A DNA stretch of 64,000 nt from Auanema rhodensis (lineage: Eukaryota; Animalia; Nematoda), in contig OZ059895.1 of NCBI GenBank assembly GCA_964057225.1, positions 18,538,001-18,602,000 of the forward strand. Direction: 5' to 3'. Positions 29,698-43,300 of the stretch are shown piece after piece. The stretch's first letter is position 1, and each line of letters opens with the position of its first letter. Made by a program: the position numbers and the translations under genes. The notes beneath the pieces were generated by a model that made no database searches, was not told where the DNA came from, and saw nothing but the letters and a program-made list of their open reading frames with translations.

Positions 29698-30717
29698 TTT
29701 TACCTTATAAATATATTTTATTAACTATATACATATAAATAAAAATAATTTCTGAGAAAAATTATAAGTTTAGCTAACTTCAAAGCATATTTAATAGATC
29801 AATGAGATAAAGCTGAAAGTTGAAAATCAGCTAAATGTTTCAAGAGGCAGTGATTTCAATGTAACAGCTGACTTATCCGGACATTCATTATGTCGTTTTA
29901 CACTCAATCTGACCTCTTCTACCATCAATTAAGATTTAGAAGATGAAATGAAGTCTTTAATCGGATATATCACTAATTTTTTTGTATATATCAGAAGAAC
30001 AAAAACCAAAAAACAACTAGCAAGTAAGCGTTTTGCAACACTTTTTTTTATACAAACAAAAAGTTTAAAAAACAATTCCAAACAATGAAAAAACAAACAA
30101 AATAAGTTAAAAAATCATAGGTGAATACGGCAATGTGACTATCAGTGATTGTTTTCAATCATATCTAATCTAAAAACGTTTATCACTATATATCAGTCCA
30201 CTTTCATCAACATACAATCGTTTTCATTTAACATTTCCGTTTTCTTTTTATTTTACAATGTAGTTTACTTAAATCAACGAAGTACACACATATTCATTAC
30301 CTTTCATATAGATTTTTATCCATTTTTAGTTAGTCAATCGATTCGTTTTGTTTGGAAAATGTGGCAACTTTTGTGAAATAAAAGGTTGCGACTGATTTTG
30401 CTGATACTGCTGCTTTGGCTGCTGTTGCTATTTCCAATGCTTGGGCAACAATCCGATACAGTTTAATGTCTGATTCAACGTTATGTGTATCCTTTCTCCA
30501 TTTTTTTTTTTGGAAGTGCATTTTTTTTTCAGAAAAGGGAGGAACTGTTCCATCAGATTTCATGAAACTAACAAAAAAAATTCTGATCTTTATGACGTTT
30601 TTTATTTATAAATCTTGATATATTAAAAGTTTGAAATTTTGAAAATTTTGAAAGAAAGATTAACTTCTAACAAGATTTTTGGGTGGATATTACAAGAGGG
30701 TAAGAATAACATCGGTA

Positions 30718-30798
30718 CCGAGCAATCAGTCAGGCCGGGGCGAGTGCAATATTCGACTTTGCTGAACATGGCAAACGACCCGACCTGATTGAATTCGG
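30718..30798 (-). ncRNA. mir-235: pre-miRNA mir-235 (miR-92 family); mature 3p arm at 30751-30730
   Basis: Mature UAUUGCACUCGCCCCGGCCUGA (seed AUUGCAC), one substitution from C. elegans miR-235 as recalled; lies in the 3' arm of an approximately 80-nt fold-back. Confidence 0.93.
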
Positions 30799-32615
30799 AA
30801 TAATATTATAGAAATCAAATTATAATAAATATATAATCACAAAAGTTGATTAGATTAATGTATATCACACAAATAAATGTAATTTTCTTTAAAAATACAT
30901 AACACAGAAAGCGAGGCTAAGCAAAAGAATGAGAGAAGAAGGAAGAAAGAGATGTAAGGTATTGAGAAACTTAATGATAATCAATGATTGGATTCTATTA
31001 ATAAAGATTGAAAGATGAATTGTTTTTAGATGGTTAATAACACGTGATACTATTAGTGACGGTCACGATGTAGATGTGGTGATGGGGATGGTGATGGTGA
31101 TGATGATGGTGACGATGATGGTGATGGTATATGTAGAAGAAGATGATGTTGAAATAATCTATAAAGTTATATTGAATATTTCTAACCTAAACTGCAGCAA
31201 AAAATATTGTTGAAGTTGAATTGCCGGAACAAACCGTCTTAGGAGGATAAGGATGGGGGAGTAGAATAGATGGTATGGATAGGAAGCTAAGCTAGCTTGC
31301 ATAGAGCTTGCATGCAGCCCTAAGTACTCACAGACTAGGCGGCGACCAGTTTAAGCTCCGCCCTTAAGCTGTCCAATGACAGTCTTAATGCTAAAGAAGA
31401 CGAAGAAGGCGAAGAAAAAAGAAGACGAATACAGAGAAAACGAAAGATAATTTGAAAATGGTAGAGTAGTAGATTTACAAGAAAATAAATAAATAACATG
31501 GATTACAGAGAGATACAGGCAGAAAACTAGATAGATAGATACGTGAAAGGAAAGAGAGTGAAACGGGAAGAGATAGGATGATAGAGGTAGAAGACGAAAT
31601 AGTATATCCAAAAAAAAAAGAAGAATTCTTTTTGTTTTTATCTTTTCTTTCTAAAATTGAAAATAATTATCTTCAAATAGGCAATTTCTACGAGGGAATC
31701 ATTTCATTTATGTTTATGAAATATTAGAATTAGAGCGTCGTTCAATCAAACAATATTGAGAAATATTTTTATTGTAATCAAAAATTAAAAACATTTGGTG
31801 TTGATTTAACATATATGAAATAGAAATTTGCACATAATTGAATGAAGGATTCCATATATGTTAATAAAACGCATAACAGTAAACATGAAAAAGAACAAAG
31901 ATGTACAAGTAAACGATAGAATAGGCCTAGATGGAGGGGAATTTAATGAAAACAGATACATTAACTTCGAGAAGAATGAACAAGGATGACAAAGATGGAA
32001 AAGAAGAAGAACTATTCTCTAGTACCTGCCTCGTTCGTACATGTATTGTCTTTAGATGTATGTATGTCCTCTATGTATGATGTAAAGATGACTATAAGCA
32101 AGCAAGTTCATCATCATGTTCTCCTGTTTCTCGGAATGTATTCAAGACATCTATATGTGGATATCAGATTCTTCCATTGTATTATTCAGATTTATTTATT
32201 AGTTTTCCTGTCATCGAAATACAGATACAAAAGAATATTATTTTATTGATTTATCAGCAAATCATTGATAATCATAATTGTTTCGTATACATGTTGTATC
32301 GTTCATGCTAAAATGGCTGTGAAAAGAATATGTGATGGTGATGCAGGAAGAAAAATAATTGGCCAAATGCCAAAATCATCGTAGATGGTATCGGCTGTTC
32401 ATTGCTTGACTAGTTGAAGATCCATACGGGACATGCATACATACATACATGCATTCTGATTCAATCCGGTTCCAATAAGCGATGGACAATTGCGATGGTC
32501 AGTGTGTTGTAATGTAGCCTTTGAAGGGAAAAATGAGAAAGAAGTTTAGGAAAAGTAAAAAAAAGCTGTACAATACCTCATTCACACTCTTCAAACTACT
32601 ACTAATACTCTCTCG

Positions 32616-32627
32616 TTCTCTCGTCTC

Positions 32628-32667
<40 letters not shown>

Positions 32668-32670
32668 ATC
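32616..32670. repeat. (TC)n microsatellite
   Basis: Direct reading. Confidence 0.9.
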
Positions 32671-34112
32671 TCGCTTTTTCTCCCACTTCTCTCTTCTCCC
32701 CTCCTCTCTCTCGTACCATACCTTCACCCCCAGTTTTCTTGAACCCCCCTTAAAAATTTCTTGTTTTATTTCCTCCCTTTTCACCTATTACTCAGACTCT
32801 CTATTTTTCTCAATTGCGCCCTCTCGTACTACTTCCTTAATTCATCTCGTCTCTCCGTCGTTAGTCTTTTTCTATTTCTCAATTAAATATCTTCAATTTT
32901 CACTCTTTTTATGATATTCTTGTCGCATCTCTTTGTCTGAAGATCGCATTTAATTTCTATTCCCTCTTACTTTCTCACATTACCTTCTAACATGTAAATT
33001 TTAATATAAAAAAAACATTTTCAGCCATATTAGTACATGGAAGAAGGCGTTATGCTAATTTCATATTCACACTCATGAATTTCACGTGAACGTGTTTTTT
33101 TGAATTATTGCGTTCACATGCTCATTTCAAGTGTTGCAGTTGGATAGAACGGTTGAACGCACTTCTTCATCTCTAACCATCTACTCAACGATGTGCAGAC
33201 GTACCTCACGCCCCCACAACTACATGTTTTCAATATTATATTTTTAATTGAATTATAAACATATATTGATTATATATATAGATATTTCTGATCAAAAAAA
33301 AAGAACAAGGATCATGTTTATATAAAGGTTGACTGAGGATAATAGATGAAAAGAAATTTTCAACAAGTGAACATTCAACAATTAAATGCATAGGTCAGAT
33401 GGTTATTGAGGTGCAAGCAAATTGGTGGGAGATACGGATTCGAAGCATTTCTTCTAATCAAAAACTTGTAAAAAATGAAAATAAAGAGAATACATAAATC
33501 GAAAATACTATAAAGCGAAAATTTGAAGAATATAAAGACTTACCTAGTTAATAAAATATATAAAATTGATTAATCAATGATATATTATGACGATGTGTTA
33601 GTACTACATGTGGATAAAGCCATAATTACATTTATTCATTAACAATCTTGTGTTATAATCTGTTCATTATATAATATATATTATACAATTAATAAGAATC
33701 AGCAAGTAATAGTCTATCTGTCTCAATTTCAACAATTGCCTCTCGTTTTCGAGATTCTAGTTTTCATTCAGTTTCTAAAAGGTCCACCCAATCCACATCT
33801 TATCGTACAGCTCTGATCTCACTCGTGTCTTCATTCTCATTTTGTCTCATATTTTCAGCATGCATCACAATATTGTTTCCAGAAAGGAACATCTTGTTAA
33901 AGTTTCAACCCACATAAAGCCAAATGTACTTTTTTCTTTTTCTTTTTTTTTTAAATTGATATAGAACTCACTTAGGTCTTCTATTAATTATTTCTTTGTT
34001 TTCATCTGTTACTGCTTAGTTACTCTTATTAGCTTTGAGTTATATGGTTGTGGTTGTAGACAGTTCAGCTTGGATTTTTAAAATTAAATCTGTGAATTTC
34101 TATCTTCAGGTT

Positions 34113-36517
34113 ATGGAGCCAACAAGAAAATTTACCAAATTTGGAACACATCGTGGTCGCTACATCTATAGTTTCTTCGTATTATCAGCTGTTTTTATGA
34201 ATATATGGATAAATTATCTTACTGTATTATGAATTTATGATAAAATACAAAAAATATTTTTATATATTTAGGCAAAAGAAGAATTTCCTCATTGGATACG
34301 TATGCGTAATGTTGTTGAAAATGTTAAGAAATATTCAAAAATTGTGAGTTTATCCTTTGAAACAATCGTCAAATATATTCAAAAACTATCTCAAATATAG
34401 CAAATTTAACGTAAAAATATTTTATATTCTTATTCTATTATTTATTCGTACTACATGACTTCAGTTGCCCTTGAATCCTGGAGATAATTTGCCTCCGGCA
34501 TTTGAGCGATTTCTTGATGTTCTGCGAAATTTTCAAAAAGCTCCATATATAGTATTTGTAAGTTGTTCTTAGTTCATGATTATGATGCTCTTATTATGAA
34601 GCTTACATCTATAGTTTGACAAATCCAATCTCGATGTTACATTGAATTTCGTCTGCAATTTACAGTATTTCGATGGGGCACGCGAGAGGTTAGTTAACTT
34701 GTTTACGAACTTAGACAAAACCGCCTCGCAGTCAACTAACATTCTCTGAAATATTGCTATGTAATAGCTTACTTTCTCGACTAAATCGTATTTGTAGATT
34801 AGCAGCTGTTGCATTTGATCCTATAGCCGAAAAAGCTTTAAACGAAGCACATCCTGATCTGACTACTGTAACGCTGGACTTTACGTATGTCCTCGTAAGT
34901 TTTTATTCTTTCAATGTGAAATTTATTTAAATTCATATATATGTTTCAGTCACTGATGCCATCTGATCTGGAGAATAGGAATTATCTCATTTATCAGCTA
35001 ATACTTTTACTTAGATCTCGAATTTCCTCCTCCATTGCAAGAAACGGAATTGATTTTTGGGGCGTGCAACAAGTAGTGCTCATGAATTATTTGAATTTGA
35101 ATTATTCTTTTTGAATGACTTCAGAGGTTATTTTTCAATTATTTCAGGACAGCCTATGGCTTAATAATGTAGCAAAACTGAAACTAGAGGATATGTACTC
35201 CAATTCGTTAATGGTATTTGATGTTGTGGGTAATGATCAGGTAGCAAGATTGGCATACAGCTTTATAACTTATTGGGCATTTTCTTCCAAAAACAGATTC
35301 CAATCTATGAAAGGATGAAAGGCTGGATATGCGGTTCAACGTATTTCGCTCGAGGAACTGAAATGACAGCAGATTTCTTCGATAAAGTATATATAGCAAC
35401 ATTCATCGTCATTTCACTCTTCTATACTTTGTAATGTTTAGGTTGCTTTATACATGACAAACAGATTGTCTCCCGATTCAGCTATCATGACTTATCTTTG
35501 TGGCAGAAAAAACTATAAATGTGCCAAAATGCCAAGGAGGTAATAGATTGAGATTAGCTTTGTTTTGAACAATTCTCAACATGCTGCGTTTAGAATTGCA
35601 TCAAGCTCCGACTACTTCCTAGGCGACCGAAATTATTTGCCAGCAATGATACAGGTAGATTAATCAATAACTTTATTTACGCCTACTTTAAAAAAAGAAA
35701 GAAATAAAAAGTAATAATTCATGAAGAAAGGAGAGAACATGGCAAGCATTCTGGAACGCAGCAGCGTATTAAAGCTACTCAGATTTCTAATTTTGTCTCT
35801 GATCTCATTCACCCATACATATTAATCTATTTCCGTTTGGCGAATTTTCCTTTGTAATTTAAATGACAAAAAAATAAGAAAAAAATGTTTTTTTTTTGGG
35901 GCAAGCGATCTGAATGCACGTTAACGCTCAACCAATTTTTCAGATTGATCACAGGAGTAAACTTTCTAAAATGGAGTTGTTCCGAGTCAACAAATTCGAT
36001 TTTCTTACGAAAGATGGATCGTGCAATTATACAGCAGTTCAAAATTTACGGTATGTCTTTCAAAAAATGTTTTTTGGTCTAAAATGTAATAGAATGATAG
36101 TTATAATTGAAATGAAAAATAATTAGGGTTAATGATACCAAATGTTGTGAAAGGAGAAGAAGAGTGCACAACTTTTCTTTTCTAATTTAAGGAATTAAAA
36201 TAATTCATAAAGATGATGCTAGTATACAGAACTTATTGATTATTCATAAAACAAAAATTCCTTTATGAAAGTGATTTATGTAATCTGAGTATATGAAAAA
36301 TTATATGAAATATGAGAATAAAAGGGAAATCTTATAACGATGAAAACCATATTTCAGACACACAGTACCACTAGCACTGCCGGAAGTACAGAAGCAGAGC
36401 ATGTTCACGGATTCAAGCAATATGTTCGAAGATATCTTCTATTTCTTTAAGGAACATTTTGGACTAGATCCATTCAATAATCGACGATTTCTACATGTAC
36501 ATGATAGTCTTGTTTAG
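34113..36517 (+). CDS. Type II membrane nucleotide-diphospho-sugar transferase (PF03407/GT77-like), about 12 exons
   Basis: N-terminal TM YIYSFFVLSAVFMNIWINYL; VTLNFVCNL; LAAVAFD; YQLILLLRSRI...GIDFWGVQQ|DSLW; FDVVG; WICGSTYF; MTYLC; phases close to ...HDSLV*. Confidence 0.75.
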
Positions 36518-37417
36518 AATTACTAATATCTCATTATAAAACTACGGGTCAATTACAAAGAATGTATGTATGTATGTGTCTACAGATAGTTTATCAAATG
36601 AAAACGCTTGGTCTACAATTGTAATATTTGAAATGTACACATAGGGTATACTGAACAATACAATCACAAATGAACAAAGGGATCAAGAGATTGATAATAT
36701 AAATATACACATGATTCTGCCCAGAAGCTAATGTCCATAAGAGGACTACTGGTAAGACAAGACCGTATCTAAGCTATGAAAACAGGAAAAAAACGAAACT
36801 TTAGCAACATAAGTAACCATCCAGTAGGACGAGAGAAGGTGTTGGTGGAAATGATAAAAATGAATGTAAAAAGACACAATATCAAACAAAGAATTCTAGC
36901 ACAGGATAATCAAAATTCATAATATAAAAACACGATTTAACAAACAATAATAAAGGAAATCGGTGTTGTTAATGAGTGAAGAGAATGCAACTATGGCGAG
37001 TAATGTGTGGAGAGTAGAAGAATGAGAATGAATATAAAGCACTAACAGCGCTTCCCAGAAGATCCAGTTAGAAATAGACCAGTGAGAAAGAACAGCGTGA
37101 TGATTTTGGTACGCTTGACACGATAATCAAGTGAAACACAATGGAAAACGACGACAGAGTAAGTATTCTGAATGAGAACATCGTGCATTCTGTCCCTATA
37201 GTTCCATTGCCATACACGTATTAGGAAAACAGTCGATAGTATAAAAGCAAACAACCGACTAGAGCATTTTTTGAAAACTGATCAACGGTCGGCTGCTGGC
37301 CCAACAGAACAGTTATTGGGGACACCGGCACCTTGGAGAAGACTTTTATTGCGATCAGGATAAGAGTAATCGTGCTGAACTAACACCAAACTTTGAAGTC
37401 TAGGTGAGAGGATAACA

Positions 37418-37717
37418 TTATTTTTTCCCGTTCTTTTTGTATGCTTCTTGGAAACGCTCTTGGAATTGTCTCATCATTTGAGGATTAAATATAGCAGCGG
37501 GATTCAGAGAGTTCGCTGTAAACAATTATTATAATTGGAACATTTTCATTGAAAACTAACCGAAATTTGGCATACCACCTCCTCCACCCTGGGCTTGTGC
37601 GCTCATAGCTGCTCCAAGAAGCATAGCGGCTACATTAGGTTGCGTTTGTGCCTGAAAAAAAAGGACCTTAGAGAACTACGACAATGTTTCCATACTGGTT
37701 GATTTGCTCGCGAGTGC

Positions 37718-37749
<32 letters not shown>

Positions 37750-40355
37750 CTGATGCTGCTGCTGTTGCTGAGCTATCAGCATCTGAAAAACAGGCCCATA
37801 CATCTGCAAATTAATTTAAAAATTCAGAGAATTAGATAAAAATCAATAATTACCAGCATGCTAGCCATAGCATTGTTCAAACTTGCCGAGTTGGGCGTTC
37901 CAACTCCATTCATCATATTAGCCATCATTGGATTTCGCATCAGCATTGCCATTTGCATTTGCGTCTGAAAATGAAAACAAATGAAATATTATGATTGAAA
38001 GTTCAAAGCTCACCAGATTATTAAATGTAGGAGTATTATTTTTATTCTTAGATGACTGCTGTGAAGCTGATGAACTAGGTGTAGATGGGGTACGGGCATT
38101 GGACGAGGTTGAGGCAGAAGGAGTAGATGGTTTTGGAGCAGATGGGGTGCTATTTGTACCATTCTGCTTAACAGATATGGATGGAGTAGATGGAGGGCCT
38201 AAATAAGAAGATAAATTGTAATATGAAACTATGAGAGAAACCTTGAGCTTGAGCAGCTGCGGCAGCCATAACAGCGTCCAATTTTCCTTCGGCAATTTGC
38301 TTTTCGAATTCTTTCTCTTGGATTTGAACTTTATGGAAGGCTTTACGGAGGTATGAGGTGTGGTCTTTTTGTATTTTCTTCTTCTGAGTAGAATGAACAC
38401 ATCGTTCACAATATAAATGCAAATCGTCAGGAGATCCTGGAAAACGATAAATAAATAAATAAATAACAAGTTAGCTAGTTTACCCATTGCTTTCCATGAA
38501 GGTGAGAAATCGGTATGACACTCTTCACATTCATAAGGCTCTTCATTTACATTTCTTAAAATATAAAAAAAATAATGAAATGTATCAACAAAGACTTACG
38601 CTGTTGCCATTTTATCCTTGAGTAATCTTTGAACAATTAAGTCTAAGGCAACTAGGTGACAAAAATCTGGTTGATTTGGATTAGGAACAAAGTTAAATTC
38701 CACCGGATGAGCTTTAGGAGTATTCAAATTCTAAACAAACATAACTGTTAAAGAATCACTAAGTCATAGATAAGAACCTGAGTAAGCTGCTTATCAGCCT
38801 GCAATCTGAACGCCTGTCGTGCATTTGCTGCCCTTTGTTGTGGAGTCAGAGCAGCAAAGTTTTTAGCCTAAAAGTCATTGAGGTTTCATTTGCTTACATA
38901 GCATTTAAAACATACCGCATTAAGCTGAGCACTCTGCTGTTGTTCTTTAAGAAGAGCCTCTTTAGCTTGTTGTTCCTTGAGCTGTTGTTCTTTCAGTTGT
39001 TGCTGTTGTTGCTGTTGTTGTTGGGTGACAAGCGCCGCAACGAATGTTTGGAGTTGCTGGAGTTAAGTTTTGAACATTTGAAGATTTTTTTACTGATTAT
39101 ACCTGTGGGTTTTTGCCATTCTTTGCCATTTGTAATAGCTGTTGCAGCATTTGTGGATTAGTGGAAGAAAGTTTGATCAACTCAGCCTGTTGCTGGGCCG
39201 TTAAACCTCCAGGAGTATTTGATCTTTGAGGGGTATTAGCTGGAAATTGAAAAATTAGTTTCATACAATGTATTAATTTATACTTCGTTGAGCTGGAGCT
39301 CCATTCTTTGGTAGGGCCATAGCAGGCTTGTAAGCGCCACCTGGATTGTTCAAAGCAATGTTAGGTGTCAACTTCTTGGCTTCCGTCGCCTAAAAAATAC
39401 AAAATTGATCTGAAGAATAAAGCTAGACAAACCTTTTGTTGAGCAATAATTTGACTCGAATTAATCTTTTTCATGAGCATTAATCGTGCTTCTTCAAGCC
39501 TAAAAACAAAAAAATACATGAGACTCAACATGAGATAGTGAAATTCGAGACAAACCTTAATTCTGCTTCACATCTTTTGACCATATTATTGCGTTCTAGT
39601 GTTTGTTCATCAGTAAGTTCTTTACCACATAACTGAAATACTATTGTTAATGCAAATTGCGAAAGAACTATAAACCTTTTCATAGCCTGCTTTTAAAGCT
39701 GCAATTTCACCTGAGTGCAGAGACGATATCTCACTTTCCTCTGAAACTTCGCAAACATCGCCAGAATTTTCTTCCTAAAAAACAACAAAAAATCATATAC
39801 TTTTTGGTGCATAAAATAGCAACCACCTTGATATAGAATGTATGGGAATATTGATCCATATTTGATCCTGATATCAATTTGCGTTTCTTGGAAGCGCTCG
39901 CACCATCTTCTTCATCTTCTGCGTTATCGGACATACCATTTTCCTAAAATAATAAATTTCAGTCAAATATTTTTAGAAGTTAGAAATCTTACCGATCCAG
40001 CCGTTTCTGTAGCAGGCAAAACTCCATCGTATTTTATCTTCTCTTGAGCTTTTAGAGCTGAAGCCCTGGTGCTTCTCCTTCGAGCAGAAGTAGGGGATAG
40101 TTGACCAGACAATAAATCACCATCAGGAGAAGCTTTCGATGGGGAATCAGCGTTTGACTTTGAGAAGTTTTCATTAGAACCCGAGAACTCGGAGTTCTCT
40201 TCCGTCATATGAGTGTCCATAGGCTCAATAGTTAATTCATCAGTGTCTCCGCATCCGTTGGACATTGGACCGGTCTGTAAATGAAATACAACTCAGAACC
40301 AGAAAAAAAGAAAGAACGGGTATACCTGATGAGGCTCAGTCACAGCTTGTGACAT
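37418..40355 (-). CDS. dcp-66: p66/GATAD2 NuRD subunit, many short exons, Gln/Ala-rich
   Basis: CR1 coiled coil ELR|LEEARLMLMKKINSSQ; FNFVPNPNQPDF; GATA-like finger CEECHTDFSPSWK...YCERC; ends EAYKKNGKK*. Confidence 0.88.
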
Positions 40356-43300
40356 AGTCATAAAAATAAACTTAGAAGTGGTCTTGAATCTATAAAGTTA
40401 CTGAGAAGCCATCCCATGCAGTATCAAACCAGGAATGCTATAATCGTTTTTAATAAGAAAATGTAATCAAAATATGAAAAAGAAAAGATAAAAACGAAAG
40501 ATTGCGCCACTGAGAAAACAAGATGAGGAGGACAAATTGGGAATTACTAAGCAGAAAGGTTAATGGATAATAACAACTTTAGTAAGAATAAGAAGAATAA
40601 GAAGAAGAAAAGAGTGAATAAATAGTGATTGAATATTTTCCTAGAAGACGTTCATCGCAATGACAAAAAGCAAAAAGCATAAGAATCAATACATAAACAA
40701 CGAACACCACACACACACACACATACGCACATAGACACACATATACACAACAATGCTAAACGTAGTTATAATATCCATAATTGGCGCGCGGAACGCTAAC
40801 TAAAATTAAAAAAATGAAATAAAAATCAATGAATGAAAAAATTGAAGAAAATCTAAAAGTTGTAGGAAAAGCGTTCGGAGGAATTGGAAGAGTCGTAGTG
40901 GCGCCCATCTGAGTGTCCTGAGTCGCATTGTTGTTATGCGTCCGTGAGACTTACTCAATCAATACGGCTAAAATGGGTCACTCAGGTTTGTTGGCTCCAT
41001 TAGGGAATTGCTGATTACAATGCTCATATTGAAATGCTTAAAAATGTGGGGAATTCAAAAATAATAATAAAATAATTTTTTTTAATTAATTAGTAAAAAT
41101 CAAAAATCTTAGGATTGCGACCAGCATTCAATCATTTTAAACAACGGCGCGACGCTGGAAAAGCTAGCTGGGCCTCTTTTTCAATGTGCGCTTCACAAGA
41201 TAGAAGTCAAAAAAAATGGTTGACGTCATACAGTCTCGAGTGGAGGTTTGAACATAAATGGAATCAATAACCATATATGATTCAAACTTAAATATTGTTT
41301 AAGAGAATATGAAAGCTGCGCTTATTGTAGTTCTGTTCGAAGTGGCGCTGGAAAAATCTGATGACAGTTCCAAGTGCAGTGGAGATCAATCTAGAGGTAG
41401 AGTGATAAAGGGAGTGAGGGAGATACAGAGAGCAGGGGAGACAGTGAGGATATGATAGAAAAGAGCTCAAGGTCCCGAGTTGAATGTTAATGAACAGAGG
41501 CTGGGGATGGAGGATGGGGCGGCCAGGGATGCTGTGTGCGTGTGAGTCGGCACACTATGAAGGGGCAACACACCGAATTATCGATTTTTGGGCTGTGTGG
41601 TGGGTGTGCTCTCTTGTTGGTTGGAGAAGAATTTGTATGATTATCGGCGCCCCCCCCCCCCGCCAGGCTGACTGACCGCGAAAACTTAGCCCCGTTTTGC
41701 GATAGAAGATAGAACCCACAGCAAATTGGATGTCGTTCTGGTCCCCAAGATCTGCTTAATTAAACTGTATACAGCTCATTTACTACTCTAATAACAGCCA
41801 AGTGATTTATCTCTGATAAAAGGATTAGCTGAGATATACAAAGTATGTAACTTTTTCTCAGATTTGTGTTGTGCGAAAGAAGAACTGTTCACTAGGCAAA
41901 GTAGGTATGATAAAGAAATGAAGCTAAGTTAAAAAAAAATGAGTAAAGAGAACCTCGAGTCGGTCGAAAAAAAAAATCATAAAACCATTCGTGATCAAAG
42001 TTCTTGTTCTTACAAGACGAAAAGATAATTTATACGATATGATAAAAGCTGATGATTTGCATTTGAAAGCTTATAAATGAAAACAATATTCGCTTCTGTA
42101 TCATGTTTGATAGAAAATAAAAAAAAAGATAGTAGAATCCTTAAGATGACATTAGAGACATCTACTACTGAGATTGAAGTTCTGTATTGATTGAATGCGG
42201 GGCCAAAGGAAATAAATGTATATGAGAGAAGGGAGGCCGTCGATTGTGGATTAACAATATGAAATGTTCTTTTACCTATGTATTATTACAAGCAAACTAT
42301 GAGTTTGAAGACAAAAAATGAATAGTTTCGAAATCCTATATGAGTCTATCGAAGAAGAGGAGATGAAATATTCATGAATTGCAGCAGCCAAAGTTTTATA
42401 TTCTGGCTATCAAGCCACATTATTTTTGTCAATTTGCTAATGGCAAGATTGGCGAAGGTTAACTGGTTATTATGAGATCCGGATTACATTTTTCCCACCA
42501 CTGAAACTAACGTCCACCCTTAAACAATGACAGAAATAAGGAACAGGATGAGGAAGAAGACATGCAAGAAAATAGGAAAAACTTAGAAATCAACCCGTTG
42601 CAAACCTTTTTTCATTCGAAAGTAAGAATTAAATATCGGCATACATACAAATAGAATACAATTTCATCAAAACACAACCTACAAATTCAGCTAAATCAGT
42701 GCTAGAAGTTAATTGTTGATTTAATACAGATTTATTCCGAAACACCGTCATACCAAGATTACTGTTGAGATATTGATAAAAAAAGAAAATAATAATAATT
42801 AAGAGCAGCTATGAACATGTCCGCGAAAGACGTTCATTGTCTTTTACATCTATCTTTCATTACTCCTCTCCGTCCGGCATCGGTCCGTCCACCGCGGCGT
42901 TGGTTGGTGCGGCTTGTTATTTCTATTGAGAATGCCTTGAAATTGACTAGTGGCCGGAGGTGTTTTCAATCGATTTCAGCCTAGCGCTGTCTTGCTTTCT
43001 TTCTCTCTCAATCTGTCCAGGTGGTGGTCAAAATTACAGTGAGATGAGTTTTGCGAAAAGTTATAATGTGTAAATGAAATTATCTGCAATCTTTTTGGGG
43101 TTTTTTGGGTGATGAGGCTAAAAATCACAAGATTTAAAATTTTTTGAAATATGTAGCAAGTGAATGAAATAATGTGGGCCATACATGGAATAAATAGCGT
43201 CATAACAGACCTCAAAATGCTAATTATAAATTCGAAAAGAGAATACGCTTTTCATTTTTGGCACGCCAGTGACCGGTTGCATTCCCCACTCATGCTTTTG

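Noticed and set aside
31879-31885. GTAAACA DAF-16-type site upstream of mir-235
   Set aside because: A single 7-mer is expected by chance in DNA this AT-rich.
16734-32784. ORFs with ERERER or SLSLSL runs (16734, 23957, 32521, 32602)
   Set aside because: Translations of GA microsatellites.
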